From the sequence record CP109674.1: a DNA stretch of 64,000 nt; one strand, written 5' to 3'. Positions 46,001-55,527 of the stretch are shown one piece after another (position 1 is the first letter of the stretch; every line of letters begins with the position of its first letter). This DNA comes from a plasmid. The translations under genes and the position numbers were made by a program. The notes under the pieces were generated by a model. The model saw only the letters and a program-made list of their open reading frames with translations, made no database searches and was not told where the DNA came from.

Positions 46001-47468
46001 CAAACCGTCCAGACGACCTTTCTCACTCGCTCTGCGGCTGACCTTTTTTATCAGCCTGTCCACAATACTGGCGTTTATCGCCTTCACCTGGTTTATGCTG
46101 CATTCTGTTGAAAAGCATTTTGCCGAGCAGGATGTCAGCGATCTGCAACAAATCAGCACCACACTGAGCCGTATACTCCAGTCCCCGGCAGATCCGGATG
46201 AAAAAAAAGTAAGCAAAATAAAGGAATCAATTGCCAGCTACCGCAACGTTGCCCTTTTGCTCCTCAATCCCAGGGGTGAAGTGCTCTTGAGCTCAGCTCA
46301 GGGGGCGGCACTACGCCCGGCAGTGAATTCAGCAGATTTTAGCGAGCACAGCCGCGCACGGGATGTCTTTCTCTGGACGGTGGAGGATCCTGCGGGACCG
46401 ATGGATACCGGGTCCGGAATGAAGATGGAAACATACCGGATTATCGCCTCCTCTGGCCAGGCGATATTTCAGGGCAAACAGCAGAACTATGTCATGCTGA
46501 CTGGCCTCTCCATTAATTTCCATCTCCATTACCTTGATGCGCTGAAAAAAAATCTGATTGCAATCGCTGTTGTGATAAGCCTGCTGATTGTTCTGATCAT
46601 TCGCATCGCTGTCCGTCAGGGGCATCTGCCCCTTCGTAATGTCAGCAATGCCATTAAAAGCATCACCTCCGAGAATCTTGATGCGCGGCTGGAACCGACA
46701 CGGGTTCCCATTGAGCTGGAGCAACTGGTTATCTCGTTCAATCATATGATTGGAAAGATTGAGGATGTCTTTACCCGCCAGGCCAATTTCTCTGCCGATA
46801 TCGCGCACGAGATCAGAACGCCCATCACCAATCTGGTGACACAGACTGAAATCGCACTGAGTCAGGATCGAACCCAGAAGGAACTTGAGGATGTCCTCTA
46901 CTCCAGCCTGGAAGAGTATAACCGGATGACCAAAATGGTCAGCGACATGCTGTTCCTGGCGCAGGCAGACAATAATCAGCTGATACCTGACAGGGTCATG
47001 TTTGACCTCAGAGCGGAAGTCATGAAAGTCTTCGAGTTTTTCGAAGCCTGGGCCGAAGAACGCAATATCACGCTCAAATTTGACGGGATGCCCTGCCTGG
47101 TTGAGGGAGATCCACAAATGTTCAGAAGGGCGATCAATAATCTGTTATCCAATGCCCTGCGTTATACCCCGGAGGGACAGGCAATCACCGTCTCAATAAG
47201 AGAGCAGGAGAGCTTTTTTGACCTTGTGATTGAAAATCCGGGGAAACCGATCCCTGAAGAACATTTATCAAGGCTGTTTGACCGTTTTTATCGGGTGGAT
47301 CCATCCAGACAACGAAAAGGAGAAGGCAGCGGCATCGGCCTTGCGATTGTGAAGTCAATCGTGGAAGCACATCACGGAAGAGTGCAGGTGGAATCAGACG
47401 TACGCTCCACGCGTTTTATCTTATCCGTGCCCAGACTGGAGAAAATGATCCCGGAAACCCAATGCTGA
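45993..47468 (+). CDS. silS: Sensor histidine kinase.
   Basis: 491 aa with two TM segments, an H-box IAHEIRTP, and N/G boxes. Overlaps silR by 8 nt. Confidence 0.9.
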   Translation: MHSKPSRRPFSLALRLTFFISLSTILAFIAFTWFMLHSVEKHFAEQDVSDLQQISTTLSRILQSPADPDEKKVSKIKESIASYRNVALLLLNPRGEVLLSSAQGAALRPAVNSADFSEHSRARDVFLWTVEDPAGPMDTGSGMKMETYRIIASSGQAIFQGKQQNYVMLTGLSINFHLHYLDALKKNLIAIAVVISLLIVLIIRIAVRQGHLPLRNVSNAIKSITSENLDARLEPTRVPIELEQLVISFNHMIGKIEDVFTRQANFSADIAHEIRTPITNLVTQTEIALSQDRTQKELEDVLYSSLEEYNRMTKMVSDMLFLAQADNNQLIPDRVMFDLRAEVMKVFEFFEAWAEERNITLKFDGMPCLVEGDPQMFRRAINNLLSNALRYTPEGQAITVSIREQESFFDLVIENPGKPIPEEHLSRLFDRFYRVDPSRQRKGEGSGIGLAIVKSIVEAHHGRVQVESDVRSTRFILSVPRLEKMIPETQC

Positions 47469-47482
47469 AAATAAAGATGTAA

Positions 47483-47498
47483 ATGACAAAGATGTCAT
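47483..47498. promoter_or_regulatory. CusR/SilR box upstream of silE.
   Basis: Perfect palindrome ATGACAAAGATGTCAT, about 220 bp upstream of the silE start. Confidence 0.6.
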
Positions 47499-47718
47499 TA
47501 GCCTGTCATGCAGCAAACAGAAGCCATTCGATATAATTAGTGCAACTTATCAGGAAGGCTGGATTGCTTCATCAATACCCGGCGTCAGAGTACGCCAGGA
47601 AATGAATATCCAGCCCTCTTCCGGAGAAATAAACGCTGCCGAACTTGTTTCAGTTATGGAACTGAAAACACCGGTTGTACTTCCCCGGACATCACTAATT
47701 CAGAAATGGAGAGTTATC

Positions 47719-48150
47719 ATGAAAAATATCGTATTAGCATCCTTGCTGGGCTTTGGTTTAATTTCATCGGCCTGGGCCACTGAAACCGTGAATATCCATG
47801 ATCGCGTCAACAATGCACAGGCTCCTGCTCACCAGATGCAGTCTGCTGCGGCTCCTGTCGGGATCCAGGGGACTGCTCCTCGTATGACCGGTATGGACCA
47901 GCATGAACAGGCCATTATTGCTCATGAAACCATGACGAACGGCTCGGCGGATGCGCACCAGAAAATGGTGGAAAGTCATCAGAAGATGATGGGAAATAAC
48001 ACGGTATCCACGACCGTCCCGTCAACGTCTTACGCGGCGATGAATGAGCATGAAAGAGCAGCGGTTGCCCATGAATTCATGAATAACGGGCAATCCGGCC
48101 CACATCAGGCCATGGCCGAAGCGCACCGCCGCATGATCAATGCAGGCTGA
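47719..48150 (+). CDS. silE: SilE periplasmic silver-binding protein.
   Basis: Start MKNIVLASLLGFGLISSAWA (signal peptide) with a GGAG RBS. His/Met-rich repeats AMNEHERAAVAHEFMNN. Confidence 0.85.
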   Translation: MKNIVLASLLGFGLISSAWATETVNIHDRVNNAQAPAHQMQSAAAPVGIQGTAPRMTGMDQHEQAIIAHETMTNGSADAHQKMVESHQKMMGNNTVSTTVPSTSYAAMNEHERAAVAHEFMNNGQSGPHQAMAEAHRRMINAG

Positions 48151-48293
48151 ATGCGACGGTAGTATCCGTGCTGTTACCTTTTCCCTGATAGATTTTCCTG
48201 AAACAACGTTGCTACATTTTTGCCCCCCGTCAGGGGGCTTTTTTGTCTGACTCAGCTACACTTAACCGGTACCTGTCTGAAAGGAATTATTAT

Positions 48294-48644
48294 ATGAAAA
48301 TCAAAAACACCCTTTTTGTAATATTAATGTTATCCCTGCCAGCCATTTCTGCTGAACATTCGGAAATGAAAATGTCAGATATGCACTCATCGGCATCATC
48401 ACAGGAATATATGGCTGGCATGAAAAATATGCATGAAAAAATGATGGCCGCCGTTAATGAATCCAATCCCGATAAGGCCTTTGCAAAAGGTATGATCGCA
48501 CACCATGAAGGGGCAATCGCAATGGCTGAGACCGAGCTCAAATACGGAAAAGATCCGGAAATGAGAAAGCTCGCGCAGGACATCATTAAAGCTCAAAAAG
48601 GTGAAATTGAGCAGATGAATAAATGGCTTGACAGTCATAAATAA
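48294..48644 (+). CDS. DUF305-family periplasmic protein (commonly linked to copper tolerance).
   Basis: Signal peptide MKIKNTLFVILMLSLPAISA. Motif MIAHHEGAIAMA is the DUF305 signature. Confidence 0.65.
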   Translation: MKIKNTLFVILMLSLPAISAEHSEMKMSDMHSSASSQEYMAGMKNMHEKMMAAVNESNPDKAFAKGMIAHHEGAIAMAETELKYGKDPEMRKLAQDIIKAQKGEIEQMNKWLDSHK

Positions 48645-48716
48645 TGAACACTGGAGTGTTGTCTTGCGCACCCTCTTAGGGTACCCTCGGACACGAAAAC
48701 ATATAGTACTTAACTA

Positions 48717-48747
48717 ATTAAAAACCCGAATAATTTCGGGTTTTTAA
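48717..48747 (+). terminator. Rho-independent terminator after the DUF305 gene.
   Basis: Hairpin AAAACCCGAAATAATTTCGGGTTTTT. Confidence 0.65.
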
Positions 48748-49029
48748 TGTAACTTTCTTTTCTGAACGGAAATAATAGTCATACAATTTAATTTTTTTGT
48801 AATTATTCCTACTTTTGATCAGGTACTGGACGATGGATAACGACTCCCGCCTGAGAGGGAAAATCCGTCTGGTTACCTGGCGCTATACTTAACCGATTGA
48901 TCGACATGCCATGCTGGTAAAATATTAAAATCCTCCCCCATAAATCTGAACCACATGACAGGATTGATAGTCAGGCAGTATTTCACATTCATTGCTAAAA
49001 ATAAAAATAAGCATGCATCTTCTCGAAGA

Positions 49030-49986
49030 TTAATTACCTTCCATCTTGTAAAAAAGAATCAAATCCTCTAATAATATCTCGATTCCCGCTTTTTTTAATA
49101 CATCTTTCCGCTCGGCATATATTCTCCTCAACATATCTTCAAACCCCTTGCCAAGATGAATTTGTTTATGGCAGTTGCAACATAGTGATATGATATTCTC
49201 TTCCACATCCAGTGAATTCTCAAAATAGTCTTGCTTTGACATCGGGACAATGTGATGAGGTTCTGTGTAATTTAGGGGAGAGTTTCGCCTTCTGAACGTT
49301 GGATGGTCGCAATTAATTTCACATTTATAATCAGCTTTGTTAAGCGCATTTTTTGAAACAGATTTACTTCTTGGGTATGAGAGTCCATTTTTGACTTCTA
49401 TTGCAGCTTTCTTAGGTTTCGCTTTTTCGCTATACTCAAATGTCTGAGTAACGTCAAAGTGATTACTTTCTTCTAGAGCAGTGATCAAATCATTATCTGA
49501 GTAAAAATCAATGCTTGAGCTTTCGTTCGTACTAAAAAAATCTAGTTCTTTTATTGCCTGAACAAGTTCTTCACGGATAGTCCATAAATTTCGCTTTGGG
49601 TTTCCTTTAATTTCTCTACTTTTCATGACTGTAATGAATTTTGTCCCGGAAGCAATCTTTCCGACTCCTTTAACCTCGAATCGGCCAAGCTGCTTCTGAA
49701 CTCTTCCACCCAACCCATTGATTACACCATTAGCACTCATACTGTGCAGGTCGTACTTCTTGCCGATATCGAAACATGTACAGGAATGGTCTGGCTCAAT
49801 GAACCATTTTTTTAACGCTGCAATACTTTTGTCATCAAAAACTTTTTTATCCCTTAATAAAATCTTCCATTCTTCAACGCTAATATCTATATCACAGACG
49901 TATTCACCATCAATTACTTCACATATTTTTTCAATCATGTCCATAACTCTCTTGTAACACAGGCTTTGTAATAATGTAAAATCCAT
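49030..49986 (-). CDS. HNH-nuclease-domain protein with a roughly 230-aa N-terminal domain of unknown function.
   Basis: C-terminal HHIVP...N...LCCNCHKQIH fits the HNH (His-Me finger) motif. The gene is markedly AT-rich relative to its neighbours. Confidence 0.6.
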   Translation of the reverse strand: MDFTLLQSLCYKRVMDMIEKICEVIDGEYVCDIDISVEEWKILLRDKKVFDDKSIAALKKWFIEPDHSCTCFDIGKKYDLHSMSANGVINGLGGRVQKQLGRFEVKGVGKIASGTKFITVMKSREIKGNPKRNLWTIREELVQAIKELDFFSTNESSSIDFYSDNDLITALEESNHFDVTQTFEYSEKAKPKKAAIEVKNGLSYPRSKSVSKNALNKADYKCEINCDHPTFRRRNSPLNYTEPHHIVPMSKQDYFENSLDVEENIISLCCNCHKQIHLGKGFEDMLRRIYAERKDVLKKAGIEILLEDLILFYKMEGN

Positions 49987-50574
49987 TACACGGCGTTGTA
50001 TGTAATGTCATTGTCTCTTGGACTCCTACAGTCCAAAACAACTTTGTGTTTTGTTGTCCAAAAACTTTTTGTTGCCGTGAGTTCTCACTGAGATAAATCC
50101 CGCCTTGAGCGTATCACATCAGCAGACTTCCTCTCAACCTTATGGACTTAACCCGGTCATTCTTCACGACAAAGAAAGTACGGCATTTTACATGACGAAG
50201 AGACGGTCTCAGCTTCACATGACCGGATAACATTTTTAATGTACTTCGTTATTACGGCACGGGTGTTCAACGAGTATTTTTAAATATTAATCATTTTGTT
50301 TAACGGGTGGATACCTACAAATTTTAACATTTACTAATCAAGATAGCAGTTATACGTACTTTCCCGGCAAAAATCCTGAGGTTTACAGATTCCCTCACCG
50401 TAACAGACCCGGTCATTCCCCTGGTCCTCCGGAGAGTCTAGTACGAGTGATAAACGTGAATTCCTGTACCTGAAGTTCAGCCGCTGGCAGATAAGTCGTG
50501 AACTATAATTACACTCAGTCAGATCCAAACACCTTTTCATCTGCATATATACTTTGTACATACCAGGAGATTAC

Positions 50575-51549
50575 ATGCAGGCACCCGGTATACCGGAGAA
50601 TGAAGAACAGAGGCTGAAGTCCCTGTATATTACCGGCCTTCTTGATACCCGTGACGATGAGCGTTTTGAACGCCTGACGCGGCTGGCCCGCAAAGCCTTT
50701 CAGGTCCCGGTGGCCCTGATAAGCCTGCTGGATCGCGAGCGCCAGTGGCTCTTCGCCTGCCAGGGCGTCGGCGTGCGCGAAACTCCACGTGATATTTCGT
50801 TCTGCGGACACGCCATTCTGCAGGAAGGGCCTTTTATCATTCACGATGCGGCTGCCGATGCGCGATTTCACGATAATCCCCTGGTTACCGGTGAGCCACA
50901 CATCCGGTTCTACGCCGGCCAGCCGGTGAGCCTGCCGGACGGCACGGTGGCCGGCACGCTGTGCCTGATCCACACCGTTCCCCGCGCCTTCACGGATGAG
51001 GACATTGCGTCCCTCCGGGACCTGGCCTGTATCGTGGAGGACGAATTCGAGGCCATCAACATGGCTATGACGGACAGCCTGACGGGCATTCCCAACCGGC
51101 GCGGGTTTTACCGCGCCGGCGACAAACTCTTCCGCGCAATGAACCGGCAGGATGCGTCGTTCAGCCTCATCTATTTCGATCTGGACAGGTTCAAACCGGT
51201 TAACGATCTCTGGGGACACGCTGAGGGTGACGAGGTGCTGAAGATCTTTGCCGGCTTTTTACATCAGCACCTCGAACCGGGCGAAATAGCAGGCCGCCTC
51301 GGCGGGGATGAGTTTGCCGCCCTGATCCGGCGAAACGGGAATACCGGCTCTTATCTTCATGCGCTGAGTGCCAGTCTCGATCATTACAATGACACCTCGG
51401 GCAAGCCCTACAACATCAATTATTCCTTTGGCGAACTGATCAATAACGCAGACCAGTACACGACGCTGGCGGAGATGATCGGCAAATGTGACGAAGTGAT
51501 GTACCTGAAGAAAAAACGAAAGACCCTCTCCCGGAAAACAGAACCGTGA
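50575..51549 (+). CDS. GAF-GGDEF diguanylate cyclase.
   Basis: N-terminal GAF-like region. C-terminal GGDEF domain (RLGGDEFAAL). Start ATG 50575 with a CAGGAGA RBS. The track's TTG start at 50554 is less likely. Confidence 0.75.
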   Translation: MQAPGIPENEEQRLKSLYITGLLDTRDDERFERLTRLARKAFQVPVALISLLDRERQWLFACQGVGVRETPRDISFCGHAILQEGPFIIHDAAADARFHDNPLVTGEPHIRFYAGQPVSLPDGTVAGTLCLIHTVPRAFTDEDIASLRDLACIVEDEFEAINMAMTDSLTGIPNRRGFYRAGDKLFRAMNRQDASFSLIYFDLDRFKPVNDLWGHAEGDEVLKIFAGFLHQHLEPGEIAGRLGGDEFAALIRRNGNTGSYLHALSASLDHYNDTSGKPYNINYSFGELINNADQYTTLAEMIGKCDEVMYLKKKRKTLSRKTEP

Positions 51550-52055
51550 CGTTCTCCTTCCCGGCTGATCCCCTGACCCGGGGTTCAGCCGGACGGCATG
51601 AACAATATATTTAACCGCAGGACGCTTAAAGTCATTTATATTTGCTCATGGTGCAATAGTCCACTCATCGCAACAATTACTCGTTTTTTGTGTCCATGCT
51701 GCAATAATTCCTCTTCTCCACTTCTGAGATCCGAAAAAAGCAAGTTCCGGATCACGGCGATTTTCTGCGCTGATTTGTGAAACGAAAATTAAAAATGTGC
51801 TACACTTTAAGTAGTTAGATAACTTTCACCCTCTCCGCATCAGACCGACCTGACGAGTAAATCCTGTTAATCTGTTCATCATCGCTTCCGAAAACTTTGC
51901 TATTATGAATTTTTCGGAAGTCTAAAAGAGTGAGATCCGGTAATTGCGGGCGGTGACTGTTATTCTGCTAATCACTGCGGGCGGGCAACGGAATGTTCTG
52001 CTGGCGATGATAAATAAATAGAACTAATAGATATTAAATAATAAGGAAGTTGATT

Positions 52056-52346
52056 ATGAATATGAAAATTACACTGAGTGTTTTATTTGAGGCTCTCATA
52101 ATCCTTGGGCATGACAGAGTCTGGATGGAAGAATCGGAGTTTGAGCACATATACGGATACGGCTGCTACCGTGAGATACACACTTGGGACGATCGCACAG
52201 TTGCCTGGTGGGATGATGCTGATGACACATGGTATCTGTCCACAGAAGTCGATGTGATAACTCCTTTCCTTGGCCCTCTCCCAAAGAAAGAAGGAGAGCT
52301 CTCCGAGGAAAAATGCTTCCAGTTAATGACTCTTGGTCGCTACTGA
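52056..52346 (+). CDS. Hypothetical protein of 96 aa.
   Basis: AAGGAAG RBS precedes the ATG at 52056. Trp/Asp-rich (HTWDDRTVAWWDDADDTWY). Confidence 0.4.
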   Translation: MNMKITLSVLFEALIILGHDRVWMEESEFEHIYGYGCYREIHTWDDRTVAWWDDADDTWYLSTEVDVITPFLGPLPKKEGELSEEKCFQLMTLGRY

Positions 52347-52476
52347 TAGCCGACAGCAGCATTTAATGAGTGGTCGGCTGGACACCCTCTGGCGGCCACA
52401 TGTCACTCGATAGTGTAGTCCGGCGGGATTTCTCCTTGAAGATGATCCAGACATTAACGTAAAGGATACAGGAACG

Positions 52477-53007
52477 ATGTGTAAACTGACCGGTTTTATA
52501 ATGGGGCTGACGATCCTGCTGGGTGTGACTGCACGGGATGCAGGGGCGGCAACGCTCAGTGAAATGCGGATGGTTAATGCCAGTCAGAAACCCGGGATGG
52601 TGATTATCTGCAGCCGGACCTCGGAGATTCCGCAGAAAGGTGAATCCCCCGTTCGTATAGAAAGTCTCCTCAGGGGCGTGGTACTGCAGAACGACGGTGA
52701 TCGCATGATGTTTGACGTGACCTATACACAGCGAAACGCTGAAGAGAGTATTCCTTTTCGTACGGAAAAATACCGGCTGACCACTGAGCTGGAAGCCACC
52801 CGCCAGAAAATGGCCATCGATCCTGAGACGATAGAACTATCGCTTCCGCGTGCCCGCGGTCTTGAAGAAACTTTTCTCGCGGGGATGAAAGCAAGCCCGG
52901 TTTCGTTTGAAGATTACACCAATTACCGTGTCAAATCTGCTACCGAGTATCTGATCCTGCCGGGTCCGGCATCCCCGGATGCACCGGTGATGCACTGCAC
53001 ACTCTAA
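52477..53007 (+). CDS. Hypothetical secreted or lipoprotein of 176 aa.
   Basis: N-terminal hydrophobic signal-like segment (LTGFIMGLTILLGVTARDAGAA). No family recognised. Confidence 0.45.
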   Translation: MCKLTGFIMGLTILLGVTARDAGAATLSEMRMVNASQKPGMVIICSRTSEIPQKGESPVRIESLLRGVVLQNDGDRMMFDVTYTQRNAEESIPFRTEKYRLTTELEATRQKMAIDPETIELSLPRARGLEETFLAGMKASPVSFEDYTNYRVKSATEYLILPGPASPDAPVMHCTL

Positions 53008-53025
53008 TGACAATGGTGACATAAC

Positions 53026-53802
53026 ATGATGCCAGCACTGCCAGGCCATAGCGGGGCTTTTTCCTCTGCTCAGCTGCCGGTGGCCATCGATTACCCGGCC
53101 GCGCTGGCACTGCGCCAGATGGCGCTCGTTCAGGACGAACTGCCGAAATACCTGCTGGCGCCGGAAGTGAGCGCCCTGCTCCACTACGTGCCCGATCTTC
53201 ACCGTAAGATGCTGCTGACCACCCTGTGGAACACCGGCGCCCGTATTAACGAAGCACTGGCCCTGACCCGGAGTGATTTTTCCCTGGCCCCGCCCTACCC
53301 GTTCGTGCAACTGGCAACCCTCAAACAGCGGGTGGAGAAAGCGGCCCGAACGGCCGGCCGTGCTCCGGCCGGCAGCCAGCCTCATCGTAACGTTCCGCTT
53401 TCCGATCCGCAGTATGCCCGCCAGCTGGAAATGATGGTGGCCACCCTGAAAATACCGCTGGAACGCCGGAATAAGCGCACCGGCAGAACGGAAAAGGTGC
53501 GCATCTGGGAGATCACCGACCGTACCGTTCGCACCTGGCTGGGCGAAGCTGTTGAAGCGGCAGCCGCCGACGGGGTGACGTTCTCCGTGCCGGTGACGCC
53601 ACACACGTTCCGCCACTCCTACGCCATGCACATGCTGTATGCCGGAATTCCGCTGAAGGTGCTGCAGAGCCTGATGGGGCACAAGTCGATCAGCTCGACG
53701 GAAGTCTATACAAAGGTATTTGCGCTCGATGTTGCTGCAAGGCATCGTGTGCAATTTTCAATGGCAGAGGCTGATGCTGTTGCCATGCTGAAAAAAAGAT
53801 AA
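53026..53802 (+). CDS. Tyrosine site-specific recombinase (plasmid multimer-resolution / ResD-like integrase).
   Basis: C-terminal catalytic motifs HTFRHSYAMHML...LMGHKSISSTEVYT (R..HxxR..Y) typical of the phage-integrase family. Confidence 0.75.
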   Translation: MMPALPGHSGAFSSAQLPVAIDYPAALALRQMALVQDELPKYLLAPEVSALLHYVPDLHRKMLLTTLWNTGARINEALALTRSDFSLAPPYPFVQLATLKQRVEKAARTAGRAPAGSQPHRNVPLSDPQYARQLEMMVATLKIPLERRNKRTGRTEKVRIWEITDRTVRTWLGEAVEAAAADGVTFSVPVTPHTFRHSYAMHMLYAGIPLKVLQSLMGHKSISSTEVYTKVFALDVAARHRVQFSMAEADAVAMLKKR

Positions 53803-54066
53803 CTAAATTTGTCAAAATTTACAGACAGTTGTAATGACATCCACTTATTCGATAATAAATTAATCTTGCGTTACGTGAAAACTGACAGGGGTCCAGGCTG
53901 TACCAGGCCGGAATTCACGTAACGCACTTTACGTCTTCTTCATTACTTACCTTTTCGTTCCGATCCTGTTCATCCCTGCATTGCCCCCTTTTCTTCATAA
54001 CGCATTTCACTGTTGCCGAAAGCCCATGGGGTCGACTTTGCGACCGCGGCCGCACTCAGAAGGATG

Positions 54067-54267
54067 GCCACTTTAACCGGCGCCACCCTGGCGTACCTAC
54101 TCGTCCCCGAAGTGAGAGCCCTACTCTTCTATATGCCGGATCTTCACCATTAAATGCTGTTCTCTACTTTCTGGAACACGGGAGTGCGGATCAGTGAATC
54201 CCGGACGCTGCCCCCGGAATCCTTTGATCTCGGTGGGTTAAGACCCTTTGTGAAAGTACTGGGCTAA
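54067..54267 (+). pseudogene. Remnant of a second copy of the recombinase gene: N-terminal about 65 codons, with an internal stop and frameshift.
   Basis: Translations ...[18 protein letters not shown] then [28 protein letters not shown]... align to residues about 50-115 of the 53026..53802 protein. Confidence 0.6.
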
Positions 54268-54289
54268 GGGCATCCGCCCTGACGAACAA

Positions 54290-54500
54290 TATTGACTAAG
54301 TGATGAAAGTAAACATATCGCAGTGAAGATGTTGAGCAGACTGCCCGCTCTTCCACACACCGCAGTCAATATCAATACTCCGGTAGGCCTATCCGCATAT
54401 CGCAGTCAAGGCAAGCAAAACCTAAACGGAATGATGAATCAGTATAAATTGACTGTGGTATGCGCTCTGCATACCACAGTCAACAAACTCTAAAACGGCA
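54290..54500. repeat. RepFIB iteron cluster downstream of repB.
   Basis: Repeated CGCAGTCAA / CACAGTCAAC-core units (ccgcagtcaat, atcgcagtcaag, accacagtcaac) plus an inverted copy ttgactgtggtatg. Confidence 0.6.
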
Positions 54501-54504
54501 TTCC

Positions 54505-55515
54505 TCAGTCATTTCCCGGTTTCACGCTGGCGAGCGCTTTTGCTAGTTTCTGAGGATCAATACCTGCAGCCTTCAGGGCTTTAATAACTTCGTCATAGTT
54601 CTGCTCAGGTACTTCCTCTTCCGGCTCACGGGGAACAACGACCTTGCTACTGATGAGTTTCGGATTACGGTAATGCACGCTGAAGTAGGTGGCCCGGCCG
54701 CGTTTGAATTCGGTGTAATCCAGATAGCCGATATCCTTCAGCTGCGCCATGGCTTTGCGCACCGTGTGGTTCTGCGTGTAGAGGTTAGACGTCAGGTTGA
54801 GTCTGTCTCGCATACGCTTCATGGAGATGGGGGCCGGATTCTGTGGCAGACTTTCAATGTAGGTATAGAGTGCCTGTGCGGACTCCTTGCGCTGCAGGGC
54901 ATCAATGGCTTTCAGACGCAACAGGACCCGCCTGTCCATCTGATAAAGCTCAAAGAGCTTGGGCTCTGCCCTGATCTCCACGACATCGGCAGTGATGTCG
55001 TAATAGGCAGACTGAACCAGGTGCGTAGTCCACCCTTTCGTTTCACTCTGAAACTTGAGGGTTACGGATGCCAGCTTGAACAGGGAGTTGCTTATCCTGT
55101 CACGCATTTTCTTGTTAGAGCGCCGGGAGTCAAAGCCACACATTTTAACAAACTCAACAAAAGACAGCTTGAGCGTGTCATCCTTAACGCCAAAATCATA
55201 CATTGAACGGATGATTCCAAGCCAGACTTTGAAGTCCGTATCCATATCGAGGCGCGATCCGGTGATCCTGACATCGGTATACCCTTCACTCCGGGCAATG
55301 GACAGCTGTACGAGCTCCTCAGTCGCATCCGTGACGTTTTTGCGGTTCGTCTTACTCCTAGAGGTCGATTTGAGGGTAGGAACGAACAGACCAAGCCTCA
55401 TGAGCGCAACAGGCTGAACAGTACTGGCGCTGTTGACATCCAGCTTAACAACTTCACCCGTTGTCTTATTGACCTCCTGAAGATTCAGGGGTAACTCATT
55501 ATTTTCCATAGCCAT
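54505..55515 (-). CDS. repB: RepFIB-family replication initiator (IncFIB RepB).
   Basis: Translation ...TVQPVALMRLGLFVPTLKS...HLVQSAYYD...RLFELYQMDRRVLLRLKAIDALQRKESAQALYTYIESLP... matches F/P307 RepFIB RepA/RepB as recalled. Confidence 0.9.
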   Translation of the reverse strand: MAMENNELPLNLQEVNKTTGEVVKLDVNSASTVQPVALMRLGLFVPTLKSTSRSKTNRKNVTDATEELVQLSIARSEGYTDVRITGSRLDMDTDFKVWLGIIRSMYDFGVKDDTLKLSFVEFVKMCGFDSRRSNKKMRDRISNSLFKLASVTLKFQSETKGWTTHLVQSAYYDITADVVEIRAEPKLFELYQMDRRVLLRLKAIDALQRKESAQALYTYIESLPQNPAPISMKRMRDRLNLTSNLYTQNHTVRKAMAQLKDIGYLDYTEFKRGRATYFSVHYRNPKLISSKVVVPREPEEEVPEQNYDEVIKALKAAGIDPQKLAKALASVKPGND

Positions 55516-55527
55516 TTTATTAACCCG

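Noticed and set aside
46329-47117. A 262-aa minus-strand ORF.
   Set aside because: It is antisense to silS, whose kinase motifs are intact.
50515-51219. A 234-aa minus-strand ORF.
   Set aside because: It is entirely antisense to the GAF-GGDEF gene, which has clear domain motifs. This is the typical GC-rich shadow ORF.
52837-53754. A 305-aa minus-strand ORF.
   Set aside because: It is antisense to the tyrosine recombinase gene, which has catalytic motifs. It has no RBS and a His/Arg/Gly-rich low-complexity translation.
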